Shown here piece by piece: positions 11,563 to 24,365 of a stretch of DNA of 64,000 nucleotides (its first letter is position 1; every line of letters starts with the position of its first letter). Below the pieces are notes generated by a model, which saw only the letters and a list, made by a program, of their open reading frames with translations, did no database searches and had not been told where the DNA came from. The stretch is from Eledone cirrhosa (lineage: Eukaryota): positions 295,058,001 to 295,122,000 of the forward strand of contig OZ024740.1 in assembly GCA_964016885.1 (NCBI GenBank). The letters run 5' to 3'. A program made the translations under genes and the position numbers.

Positions 11563-12943
11563 ATGTTAAACGAAGCTAACGAAAATAGTGGTGGGGGGAT
11601 AGCGGTAAGAGTTGTAAGCTCGCACGTTTTAGTCCCTCCTTCCTTCCCAACTAACGTCATAGAGAAGGAAAGAAAAAATAAAATAAAAACAGACGAATGT
11701 GCGGAGAAAAATGTCGACGAAAACACAAATCTGGAGATTGATTCCAACAACAAAAAAAATATGAAAGAATTGCATGACAATATTAATACCACAAACAAAG
11801 AAACAACAAACACAAAAATAACATTTGAAAACAACAACATCATAACAGAAAGCAAAACAGACGACAAAGTCAACACCAATAACATCTCATTTGCACAAAC
11901 AACAAAAAAATCTTTAACATACATACCTGAAAATATTTCAGATGTGGCACAAAGAATAAAAAACGCCAAACAATTCATAACTGGAAAATGGAGCCTTGTC
12001 AGTAAACATGCCCCAAGAACTCACAAAAGATATTGAAAGTCGGACGGTCGTTTTCCGCACCATCAACAACATCTCAAAAAAGCCACAACAACCAACACAA
12101 GCAGAAATTAAAGCGGTACTTAGAGAAGTACTTAATGAAGCCACTTTCATAAGAAGAGACAGGCTCTATGGAAGCCTGACCATTATTATGAAGAACTAAT
12201 CGGCGGCAAAATAATGCTTTGTCGCCGATTCGTTCGACAAATTTTACCTTTTATCCATCTTATATGGGTAAAAGAACTCAGCGCATATGGCTGGATGCAA
12301 TGATGCCAGATATGGACTACTGCTGGCTCATAGCTGGCTTCATCGATCCAGCGAATTACAACGTGATTTCCATTGGCAAAACTACAGGCAATGCGTTCAG
12401 TGGAACAGGTATAGAACTTGTAGTGCAAATGAAACCTGAACGCATTGCCCAAATACCCGACAGAATCCTATTAGAGGGCCACGGGTATATAAACATTAGC
12501 GTGGAGGGGAGAAGGCCGTCCTGTCATATCTGTGCAGGCAGAGGGCACCTGAAGGCGGCTTGTCCTCAACTCAACAAGAAGAAAACCCTGCTACCAACAC
12601 CAGCTCCACCACCACCACAACAGATAAACAAACAACAAAACTCAGTCCCACCCAACCCGTCCCTCAGTAAAACTACACCACCACCACAGCACAAACAGAC
12701 ACAACACATTACCCAAAAACAAAACACAGTCCCACCCAACCCCTCACTCAATAAAACAACACAACCACCGCAGCCACAACACACAACACAGTCTAACATA
12801 GTGACATCCATCTCCCCCACAAAGAAAACTAACACGGAAACATTACCAGCAAACATACCTCTTCCCTCCAACACTGAAGATAACCCAACACCCCCGACCC
12901 CATGGAAGTCGTGCGACCCGAACCCCGGGAAGCAGAAAGGTAG
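11563..12943 (+). pseudogene. Tx1 ORF1 (gag-like, CCHC zinc knuckle), frameshifted and internally deleted
   Basis: CHICAGRGHLKAAC; collinear with 59234-61135. Confidence 0.85.
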
Positions 12944-12976
12944 GTCTCTACACTCTCCTTTGGCTTTGCCGCCCAC

Positions 12977-15900
12977 ATGGATGTGTTAAGAGTAGGATGT
13001 TTGAATGCACGTGGCCTGGGCTCAACTTGGAAGCAAGCAAAGCTTCTAAATGACCTCAGGTCACGTGGTATAAATGTAATGGTTATCTGTGAGACTCGGA
13101 TCAGCGTCGTGCGGCAGCTGGCCCCTACATTCGATGACTTTGAGGTGCACGCATCTCTCTGTCAACCTGGAGGTGGGGGTGGGGTTGTCGTACTTCTGGA
13201 AAAACACCTGGGTCTCGCCGTACAGGTTGTTCACTCGGACCCGGAAGGTCGTTTGTTGGTGCTAGACGTTGGCAGTAGTGGAGGTGCGGCCTTGAGACAG
13301 GTCGCCGTCTCCTCCCCTTTCGGAGCTGAACGACCCGACTTCTTCCAGCGTCTGGAGACTTTTCTGGGAACATCGCGTTCCCTGCTTCTAGCGGGGGACT
13401 GGAATGAGATCCTAGATGCACGTTGGGACTATGCAGGAGCATGTCCTAATAGAGGGGGGTGCAACAGCCTCAAGGGGTTACTCGACCGTTTTAACTTGGT
13501 CGATAGATATCGACTAGATTTTCCAACTGTGCCAACCTGGACTTGGACGAACCACAGTGGTCAATCTAGATCGTACTTAGATAGATTCTTAGTTAGAAGT
13601 AAGGATAGGGACATATTAAGCTGTCCAGAAATGCTCACGATTGGCTATACAGATCACAAATTAGTGACCTGCGTAGTCAACCTCGAGAGAACACATAGAC
13701 TGGGTCCCGGTTAGTGGAAACTTAATTTGTCTTTACCGGTAAAAGAGACTTACAGAAACCGGATTAGCAGATTAGTTAAGGAGAGGTTGACGGGTGCAAT
13801 CGTCAACAACCGATGGTGGGCATCTCTCAAAAGAGAGATTAGAACAGAATCAATAAGTTATAGCAAGATGTTAGCTGCCGATAGGAATAGGAACGAGAAA
13901 GAATTAACAGGTAAATTAGAAGAGGCAATCAAGAGCGAAGTTGTGGCCAGAGTGCTGGCATCGAGGACGGCCTTGAGCCAGTTTTTCGATGCAAAGCACG
14001 AAGGCTGCGTCATTCGAAAATACGTGCTCTAGGTAATGAGGGGGCCAAAGCCGTTGGCTGGGCCCGCGTGACAGAAGCTAAGAGTGGAAATCGATCCACC
14101 AACCGGTCTTTGCAAGACGAGGATGGACGGGTGATCCGGGAGCCTAAGCAGATGTGCGAGGCCTTTCAAAGGCACTTTGCCCGATTGTTCGGGGGAGGCG
14201 AGGGTCCGAGCGGGGACGTGGATTTCGGTCCATACCTCGACGGCCTGCCGCGTCTCTCGAGCGAAGAGGCAGAGTCCTGCGAGGGACCAATCTCGGCTGA
14301 TGAGATCGGGGATGCGCTAAGCCAATGCAGCAGAGGCAAATCTCCAGGTCTCGATGGTATACCTTACGAACTTTATTTAGCAATGCCGGTCTTCTTCTCC
14401 GAACTCCTCGAAGCAGTCTACTGCAATTGGCAGCAGAACGGGAGAATTCCTTGTTCTGTAGCCAAGAATGTAGTCTCGCTGGTGAGGAAGGACGAAAACA
14501 AGGGGAATAGTATAAATAATTTTCGGCCCATAACCCTGCTAAACATAGAGTTAAAGATTTTGGCCAAGGTGTTAGCAAAGAGGTTGGCGCTTGTCGTGAA
14601 TGGCCTGGTGGGAGATGCGCAGACATGTGCTATCCCATCCAGGTCCATTCACGACAACCTCCACCTCATGCGATACATCATAGAGAAGGTTGGCAACAAA
14701 CCCGGCTTCGGTGGGGCCCTGATAAACTTGGATCAGTCTAAGGCGTTCGATAGGGTCGACCATGGTTACCTGGATGCGGTGCTAGCGGCGGCTGGGTTCG
14801 GTCCTGTTTTCAGAGGCTGGATCACTGCCTTACATAGCAACCACATCTGTTCTAGGATCAAGGTGAACGGCTACCTCTCGAAGCCGTTCGAAATCACACG
14901 ATCCATTCGACAGGGGTGCCCTCCCTCCTCCCTTCTGTACGTATTGACTCTCGAGCCTTTACTGAGGAAGTTGGAGTTGTTGCAGGGTATCCCCCTGGAA
15001 CCAGGATTGAGCAAAGCGGTGTCGGCCTACGCCGATGACGTAACAGTAATGGTATCGACCGACTCGGAGATCGAGGCGATCGGTACCTTACTGGAGGAAT
15101 ACGAAAGGTTGTCAGGAGCGAAACTGAACCGGGAAAAATCCATCGGGCTGCAACTCGGAACGTGGAGAGGCAGACCAATGCCTCCCGACGGTGTCGTCGG
15201 ACACTGGACGGAGGGCCCGGTGAAGTTGCTTGGGGTCTGGTTTGGACCGGACCTCCAGGTGTAAAAGAACTGGGGCGAGGCTACGAACAAGGTGTTTGCA
15301 CTAACCCAGAAATGGGCCAAGTGTAAGCTTGGCACCTACAGGTATTCCTCACTGGTCAACCGGTGTGGGCTCCGTTTGTGAAACGAGCCTTTCCGAGACT
15401 CATCTCGCTCACCGAGCTGAAGTCCTGGGTCAAGCAAAGATCCCGAAAACTGGGAGACTGGCACACTGAGTGTGCCCAGGCGCTCAGGGCTCTCTGGCAA
15501 GCGGACCCGGCCATCGGTGGAGAATCCACCTCGTCATTCTATAGAGGGCTGGTGGCTAGCAGGGGCGATGACACCCTTGGAGAGTCGCTGGACATGGAAA
15601 AGGACGAGCTGGCCAGCCTGTTCGGTAGGACTTTCGGCCCGGGACCAATGGACAACTTCCAGAAGTCACTAGCCTGGCAGTGCTACCGGGGGGCTCTACC
15701 CGTTCGAGAAAAGCTCTACAGACACGGACGCCCGGGCAGGGATCCCTCGAAAAAGATTTGCCCTAGATGCGTGCGTCACGAAGAAACCGTTGCGCACGCA
15801 TTGGTGCAATGTCCGGGCGTGGCTGATCTGTGGGGCTACGCCGAACGACTGCTGTCGCGGGTGGCGCCGATTCGATTGACCGCCGAGTCCGTGATGATAA

Positions 15901-16175
15901 TCAAGCCGCCTCCCCTCTTCACAAAGGAAACAAAGGCGGTTTTTCTGTGCGTAATAGCCATGTTGAAAGAGGTTGTTTGGTGGACACGATTGAAAGGTCT
16001 GAGGTCAGGCAACTTCCTCTCTGGCCATAGTCTGGTCTACTTCTTCCGATATCGCTTCGGAAGAAGGATAAGAATGGAGAGAGAGGTGCTGGGCCACAGG
16101 CAGTTTTATGAAAGGTGGGTGATAGTGGCGAGAATGGCTCGTGTAAATGGACCTTCTCTGTATACCATCCTGTAG
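12977..16175 (+). pseudogene. Tx1 ORF2 (APE + RT + CCHC), interrupted
   Basis: CLNARGL, ICET, LAGDWN, SYLDRFL, TDH; DQSKAFDRV, IRQGCP, AYADD; nonsense codons at 13712 and 15262 and a deletion near 15329. Confidence 0.92.
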
Positions 16176-16393
16176 GTAAAGAAGTGAAGGAGAGGGGAGC
16201 ACCTTCTCCATGTGCTCCCCGGGCAAAGGATTGCACACCTTTTCGGGGGTGTGTGCAACCCCCATCACGTCCCCTCCCTTTTGAGGTTGTTTTCGATTAT
16301 TTTCATTTTATACCCTTTTTACTCGGTTTTATGTAACCTCCCCCCTTTGTATTTGTCCCTTCTTTTTATGCCTTTATGGTAAATAAAGAAATA

Positions 16394-16429
<36 letters not shown>

Positions 16430-16562
16430 CCTTTCTCTCTCTCTTTTCTCACTCTCCCTCTCCCTCTCAAATTCTTCTCATGTTTAATCGTACTGAGATT
16501 TGTACTGAGGCATATCCAAGAACGCCAATGATCATCGGTACAAATATATAGGTATAGTTATA

Positions 16563-16644
<82 letters not shown>

Positions 16645-16647
<3 letters not shown>

Positions 16648-17050
16648 CTGATGGTCGCTAAGATGCTTCCATAGGCGGTATGCCGGTTGAGCACTCTATG
16701 CTCTTACAGAGCAGAGTATTATAGAATAGAAAACGAAAAATCAGTGATGCATCTGAACTCAATTTATTGTGTGTTACAATTGTTTCGCTGGCAGACAGCT
16801 CGAGACGCGATCATTGTGTGGATCTGTCTGATTCTGGACCCGCAGGTTCGACGGAGCATATTCTCTCACTGGGGTATCTGACCCTCTGGGCCAGTACCGT
16901 CAAAAACTTCATCCTCTTCGCGCGTCCTGTGATTGGCCGCTGGTTGACGACGTCATCATAATTCTGACCACAGGTACCAGTCCACTGACCATCAGGGCGT
17001 TAGCTGTCCCATGTCTACTATACTTCAATAAATTACTGCTGTGTTTGGTT
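16645..17050 (-). mobile_element. Penelope-like pLTR remnant with long-stem-II hammerhead (degenerate core) at 16769-16860
   Basis: GAAA-CAATTG-TA-ACAC, AATAAA and GATGCATCACTGA; homologous to 35839-36080; CCAAT and TGACGTC motifs upstream. Confidence 0.55.
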
Positions 17051-17053
17051 GTT

Positions 17054-17072
17054 CACACATCCACGCGCGCAC

Positions 17073-17103
<31 letters not shown>

Positions 17104-17558
17104 AGCACAGAGATAATGACAGTCGTACGCATAGACGCCCGCTATACACACACATTTAAGGAGAACATATAAACATACGCATACATGCATCCAGAGAGGC
17201 GCGTACACACACAGACACATGCCCACATGCCTATATACATCAACACACACACACACATACATGTGCATATACATGCACACGCATATATATACCCGTACAC
17301 ACAAATGCGTACAGACATATACATAGACCCCCCCCCCCCTCCACCCACGTACACACATATACACGTACCCATATACAAATATACACACACAGATACACAC
17401 TTGCTCGCAAACACACACATATATACACACAAACAAGCCCTTTCCCTACACGGGTACTTGTACACACACACACACACCGGCTCATATACACTCTTACAAA
17501 TATGCGCATATTCATATACACACCCACGCACGCATAAAAAAAAAAAATATATATATAC

Positions 17559-17601
<43 letters not shown>

Positions 17602-17736
17602 ATGTGTAGGGGGTGTATAAATGCTCGCGTGTACATACATACACATACATACATACACACATACACACATACAAACACATACATTCATGCATACATACAT
17701 ACACACATACACATACACCCATATATATATATATAC

Positions 17737-17767
<31 letters not shown>

Positions 17768-17768
17768 C
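17054..17768. repeat. Degenerate compound (CA)/(TA)/(CATA) microsatellite
   Basis: direct inspection. Confidence 0.9.
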
Positions 17769-18012
17769 TTAAATTCTAAAGATGAAGCGGTTTTATTTTA
17801 AAATAAAATAAGGTTGTCGATAATAACTGCGATATATAGATCTGTTATAGTGAGCAAGACAATGAATTTAACAACATTTTGTTTTTATTAATGCTGAGCG
17901 ATTGCTAAAAAAATTATCAGAAACAAATATTCTTGTGACAATTTTCTTGGCGCGTCTTTTCGATCTAAATTGATAATATTTTTTCCCTATCTTATTTAAC
18001 AAGATTATTAAT

Positions 18013-18405
18013 AGAATTGGCAGTATCGGTAGAGGGTTGGACGCCATGCTTTGATGCATAGAGTTACGGCCCTTGCCATTCTGAGTTCAAATCCCGCCTA
18101 GGTTAACTTTGCCTTTAATCCTTACGGGATCGATAAAATAAAGTACCAGTAATGCACTGGGATAATTGCTGGCCTTGTGCCAAAAGTAGAAACAATTATT
18201 AATAGGTGAATGGGCGGTGGATTGGCAGTATCGGTAGAGGGTCGCACGCCATGCTTTCCAGCATAGTTACGTCCCTTTATGATCTGAGTTCAAATCCCGC
18301 CGATGTTGACTTTGCCTTTCATCCTTACGGGGTCGATAAAATAAAGTACCAGTAATGCACTGGATAAATGCTGGCCTTGTGCCTAAAGTAGAAACAATTA
18401 TTAAT
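18013..18405 (+). mobile_element. Two tandem Meta-like tRNA-SINEs
   Basis: two complete units separated by ATTATTAATA, which also flanks the pair. Confidence 0.85.
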
Positions 18406-19056
18406 ATTCAATTATTATTTGCTTTATGTCTGTTAAATGTGATCAGTTCATATTGAGTTGTTGTTAGCCACTAATAAGATATTGAACGAGTTTCTTGTCA
18501 GACTATCATCAAGAATTTGCGTTAAATATTACCAGGTGCGAAGATATTTATATTTGTTCAAAAACGTGTGCCAATATCGATTAGTTCTATTTCACAAAAT
18601 AATCAGTTGAAATCGGCAATCACATTGAATATTGTTATTGTTGTCATAACTTAAATAAATATCTTAATAGCGTCTTACTTGTATTAGCTTCTAATTAATT
18701 GTTTATAGATTTTTGAATTTTGTTTTTAAGCCGTTTGGTGTTAGCAGGGGAGCCGAGAACATAATGTGTTAGTTGAGCTATTCGAGTAGAGCTAGTTCGT
18801 ATTTCTTCATTACTTGATCCACGATATGCTGTAAGAAAAGTTAGATAATTGTTGTCGTTGTGTAGCCCCGCCAGATTAGCTCTGATCGAGCAGTTTTATG
18901 ACACGCAGGTAGTTGGCTGAACGACCAGGCATGACCTACATAGCTGTCTGTAACCTTCCCCGACAGTTATATCACATTTCTGCCATACTAAGGACTATAT
19001 TGCACACTCAGACATATACTGATTGATCATATAGAATACAATTTGACTGTCTAGAT

Positions 19057-19243
19057 CAGGCATGTCAAACTGAGGGTCCCCCGAGGGCCACATAGGTCGC
19101 ATATGTGTTGTCTGAGCGCCACACACGAGAACTAATTGCGCACATTACAACTAATTTTACGAAGTTAAAACATGCTTACGCTGTAAAAACCTCTGTGCGG
19201 GCCGCAGGTGTGCTTGTAGAGGGCCGCATGTTTGACATACTTA
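19057..19243. mobile_element. hAT (Buster/Charlie-type) MITE with 8-bp TSD
   Basis: TIRs CAGGCATGTCAAAC / GTTTGACATACTTA; TSD GTCTAGAT at 19049-19056 and 19244-19251 (nnnTAnnn); GGGCCGCA subterminal motifs. Confidence 0.85.
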
Positions 19244-21061
19244 GTCTAGATATTTTCAATCTCTTCTCTATGTCTGTACACCTGTAGATTACGGTGGTAA
19301 CTACTAATGAGGCTGAGTATGGTGGATTCTACCAGAGATTGACTGTTGCTATTCCTTTGCTCTTGTTATTCGTCGTTTAGACGCAGTATGGATGACATTT
19401 ATGGATGAAAAAATGTATCTAATTGGCTGGAAATTAATGTCCATTCTAGTGTCATAAAAAAAGAATGAAAGGTTAAACCGAACATGAAATAAAATAATTT
19501 CTCCGGCACCCTACCGTTTTTATAAATCCATCATCCTATAAAATGTTCCACCTTATAGTCTCAATTGCATAATAAAGCAAAATATTTGCTCATAATGCTT
19601 TTGAAGTGATGTTTGGGGTAGCAGCTGTTGTAGTCTAGCCCAAGGTCGGTTCTGATCGGAAACACAAATGATTAAAGGCGAACCAGCCATGACCCTCCCA
19701 TCCTTTTCTATATACTGCCTTCCCATAAAATCGGCTCTCTAGAATTCCTCTCTACACATGTTATTCCTGCAACCGTCAACTTGCAACTATTCAAAAGGAA
19801 CATTACTCACATCCGTCTCATCAGTCTTATACAGCTGGTGAATGTTATGGTACATAGCCCCTTCCCACAGACCCAGTCTTGTAGAACCTGAAAATGTTGT
19901 GGGAGACAATCTCTTCCACCAGACCCAATGAATAAAATAAAACAGCGATGTGTGATAGGAAATTTGGCTGCTTTTTTAGCAGGCCGAACGACCGCGTAGA
20001 GACCCCCTCCTTGGCATCTGTGAAGTTGCATGAATGTATGTGTGAATCTGAATGAATGTATCTGCATGAATGTATCTACATGAATGTATCCACATGAATG
20101 TATGTGTATGTGTGTATGTCTATGTGTGTGTGCTGTAGGAGGGAATTCACAACTGATTATTACCATAACAGAGATTGATTTGGAAGACAAGAACAGTAAA
20201 AGCAGTGCAGGGATCAGGACGTTGCCATGTTTTTACCTCATTACAGAATGAGAATGGAATCGATATGATGAGCTGAATATGTGCTCCACACTCAGTTCCG
20301 CCTAGTCCTTCAATTTAAAAAACAAAGAAATTTACCAACAATGAAAAGTAATATATTTTTGTTCATTACATTTTCATCTGAAGTTGATATAAGCAGAATA
20401 CGCTGTATATAGTACTTCTTCAAACAACGAAGTTTCTAAGTGTTTGGGGGAAAGAATGTAGGCTTTATACAACTGTTTTGTCTTTTCTAAAGGGTTCTAA
20501 AAACACTTCACTAGTAATTGAGAACAGAGCGGTTCCCTTGACTTTTTTCCACCCATTCAGAAAAGAATTAGAATGTTGGCGTAGTCATATAATCATTCTA
20601 TTTTATGCCACATGTTATATCCCACATAAGGGAGAACACATTTTTGGAATTGTTCTAAATCGGAAAGCTTGTCTAATATCTTCATTGTGAAATATTTTGG
20701 GATATTCTTAAGAATTCAATATTACTATGTAATAATTAGTTTGAAGAAAGTGTCTTGTAAACAGCTACGCAACATTGGTATTTTACACCAGGACCTGAAA
20801 AGTATTTCAGACAGCAGTTTTAATGTGGTATTCTTTATTACTCTTCGAGGTTTTAAACTCTTAAGCTTATTTTCCCTATCAGTCAGCCGTCGATATCTGC
20901 TATATATTTCAAGCGCCTACGTATTAAATGTATTTTTGTGATTAAGCTGGATATTTTGGATTTGCCAATGTTTACGAGAATAAGTCTTTCAGTCAGTAAC
21001 TGTGATGAGTTACAGGGATTACTAATCAATATTTTATTGTAATTCATATATATATCGGTCA

Positions 21062-21380
21062 CAAATGACCATGGTTTTGCATCTAGAAAGTTTCCCTCCG
21101 AGGCACAAGCCTAGGCAAGGATTGTTTTGCGAAAAATCAGTAGTCGTCCATGCATACCAGTCTCCTCTCTTGACGCTACCGATGTTGTCCAAGGGAAAGG
21201 CAATGACCGATACAGCTTGGCACCAGTGACGTCGTAACTAATTTCTACAGCTGAGTAAACTGGAGCAACGTGAAATAAAGTGTCTTTCTCAAGGACACAA
21301 TGCATCACCCGGTCCGAGAATCGAACTCACAACCTCTGAATTGCAAGCCCAATGCTCTAACCACTAAGCTATGCGCCTTC
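21062..21380 (-). mobile_element. tRNA-SINE, second family, near full length
   Basis: A/B boxes on the minus strand; TGTGTCCTTGAGAAAGACACTTTATTTCACGTTGCTCCAG domain. Confidence 0.8.
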
Positions 21381-23166
21381 ACATACATATTGTAATTATT
21401 CTTGTCATTTGAATATAATTTCTATCACGCTATATAGTAATGACTTAAGGAAGGTGTCAGTGTTTGGTCTTAGATGCATACATGAGACTTTCTTCCTTTC
21501 CCAAGTTCGAATAAGATGTTTGCGAGGACGAGTCTTTATTCAACATAAAAAGAGCAATAATTCTTGAATTTGAGGTGAAAATTCCATATTTGCCGATTAT
21601 ATATAACTAATTCCAGAGCATAGGTTTCAGCAATTTGTTGAAAGTTCTTACTTTTCGCGATTATAGTTCTTCCAAGTGAGCCATCTTGAGCAAAGATATT
21701 TGAATTGTTATTCTTTATTTATTTTTGTTTCTGTAGTTGCTGGCATATACACTTGAAGCACCATGTAGCTTTTTCCGTCACTAATATCATTTCTTTTAAA
21801 ATCTGCTGATTGATCAGTCACCATGACATTGTTATCTTGCTATGTAAGTCTTGTTGCTATGTAAGTACATGTACATGTAAGAAAGTAAGACAGCACCAAT
21901 TTGTTTCCTCTTCTACAGGTCCATTATATGGAAAATATCTACACTCATACACACGTAACTCTACACGCAAATAAGTTACATAAAAAATCTTTTCTTTTTC
22001 CCTCTACTTTGTGGAGCAGGGAAAAGGAGAACATTAAGATGATTGTAGAAGTTATAAGGTAGAAATAAGGATAAATAATGACGAAATGATATAAAAACTA
22101 CAAAGTGCTGGAAGAATTAAGGATAATTATGAATAAATAGGACATCTGATGAGGAAAAACGAAAACGCACGATTTAGATGTTCATTTTACCATCAGCTTG
22201 TTTCCGGTTCAATATTACTGAGCGGTACATCAGACAAAATTTGTTTTACCTTCAGGTAAAATCCCGAATCTTAGGAAATCAGTGATCGTCTGTATTGAAA
22301 ATAATTGTTCAATCGGTGATTAGTTTAACTGCCACGAAGAATGAAGATTTTAATGTTTTAGTTTCACGCCCTTCTTTTCAGAGTAAGTGTTGTCGGTTGT
22401 CTGCAATGTAGTAAATGACGATTAATTTAAGTAAAATGAGTGGTTGGGTGAGTGTAGAAGATAGTTGGTGTGAGAGGGTCAGAATCTAGGGATGGATGGA
22501 CGAACTGGGTCAGGGATGGTCGTTAACATGACTTCAACACACACCGATATGCTCGACATTCCCTAAATATATCTGGTAAAGATAAAGCTAAAACCTGTGA
22601 ACAATTCTCCTTCACCCTTCTCTAATATCTGTGGGGTCCAATTCTACCCAGAGGTGCACATTTTTTTATGAACACAAACCACACAAACTTACTTTCTGAG
22701 ACACAAATCTATCATTTCCTTATCTATAGCCCATCCCCGAAAGGTGGTGTCTATGCATATGTATAATCGAGTCTCACATTCATTCCACTCCATCTCCTAA
22801 AAACTTGACGCCTTTTACCCACTTTCACAATACTTGCAACACTATCATCCCGAAACTACCATAGCATAGTCCGTAAACTCACCCACTCGTTAACATGCAT
22901 CCGATCCAACTATGAGGTTTCCTGCTTCTCGACTGCAGAGAAATCCCCCACATTTGCCGCTTACTTTGTATCCCACACCCACTAGGTAAAGGTGCTCTAA
23001 AACATCCATAAGGCTACACAAATATTGAAGTAAAAAGCTTCACAGAAACCTTTTAAATTAACAGAGGTGATGGTGTGAGGCCTGACTGGAGCCGGCTACT
23101 GAGAGATTGTGGGAGCAAGGTGTGAAGCTGGACGGAATAAGAGATGGTTAAGATTATGTGAGGAGA

Positions 23167-23230
<64 letters not shown>

Positions 23231-23289
23231 TAGATAGATATATAGATAGAGAGAGAGAGAGTGAGAGAGAGGGAGAGAGAGAGAGAGGT

Positions 23290-24070
23290 GGGGTGCGTGT
23301 ATGAGTAACTGATAAAACTTTTAACAAAGAGGTTGAGTGAAGAGGGTCTAAAGAAGTAAAAAGTTTGGTAAAAGGAATGGGAAGCTAAAAAGCAATACGG
23401 TGTCCAAATCACATTCTATCCTATGAGTCGTCGAATATTTCCCAGAAGTGTCAACTCCACATTAAAATATTAGCTTTTTGACATACCTACAGACACATAA
23501 GCCAGGCAACTTTACTGGAGTTTATGTATTTATACATAGAAATCTTTAAATATTCCAGCGAAATTCCTGCCAGTGAAATACACGTGAAATTCCCGCCAAA
23601 TCAATCAAGAGAAATTTAATAGAAAAATAAGACGGTAGTATCTCAGAATGAAAGGAACGTATATTAATATTCAACGGAGCGGAGGTTCTCTCGTTCCTGT
23701 ATTTATGGAAGAGAGTGCCATATACTAAGGGGTGGTTAGTTAAGTGGTCAGGCGTGTTAACATGATAGGCTACGGCTTTGAGGATACCTTGAACGTTATT
23801 ATGGGCATCGAGGAAAGGTTCCTGGAAACTGTCATGTAGATTGTTATCCCTTTGAAGGGGAGGGCTAGAGATTTGGAAACGATTGGAACTGTTAGCGGTT
23901 TGATTACAGAAAGTGGAATTTATGAAGGATGGTGTGCTAGAGAGAGTGGGTGGAAGGGTACAATGTGAAAGGGAAGAGCGTGTGTTAAGTTAAGAAAGCA
24001 GTTGGGAAAAACCATTACCTGAACACATTGTTAGTATGGATGCGTAATTCCCGATGGAGTCGTAGGGACG
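23290..24070 (-). mobile_element. Possible highly degenerate Penelope-like coding remnant
   Basis: minus-strand fragments (..SPPL..RDNNLHD..) resemble the PLE RT-endonuclease linker; no intact frame. Confidence 0.3.
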
Positions 24071-24199
24071 CTTTAAACCTGGCGAAGCTCATCCCACTCA
24101 AGATCTGAAATCAACCGATTTCTTCCAGAGAGAGAAAGAGAACAAGAGAGAGAGAGAGAGAGAAAGAAAGAGGGAGAGAGAGGGGGAGAGGGGGGGAGA

Positions 24200-24365
24200 G
24201 AACGAATCGATCTCAGTAATGGATTGGTACTTTTGTTATTGATTTCCAAAGGATGAAAAGCAAAGTTCACCTTGGTGAGTTTTGAACTCAGAGCACAAAG
24301 AGATGAAACGAATACTGCAAAGCATTCCATTCGACGTTCTAAGGACTCTGACAATTAATCGCCTT
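24200..24365 (-). mobile_element. Old Meta-like tRNA-SINE
   Basis: GGATGAAAAGCAAAGTTCACC..TTTGAACTCAG similarity; further old copies at 31104-31260 (+), 31500-31915 (two, -) and 34620-34720 (-). Confidence 0.65.

Larger units (their letters stand above)
11332..16393 (+). mobile_element. Tx1/L1-clade LINE, subfamily B, both ends present but degraded (copy 1)
   Basis: 5' end matches 59004; ORF1 pieces with a CCHC knuckle, APE (12977-13714), RT with QGCP/YADD (14068-15264), C-terminal CCHC; AATAAA-GAAATA then (TATC)n; internal deletions relative to 59004+. Confidence 0.95.

Noticed and set aside
22140-22250. Hammerhead-like CTGATGA..GAAA (+) and CTGATGT..GAAA (-)
   Set aside because: Stems and cleavage triplet do not fit a valid fold
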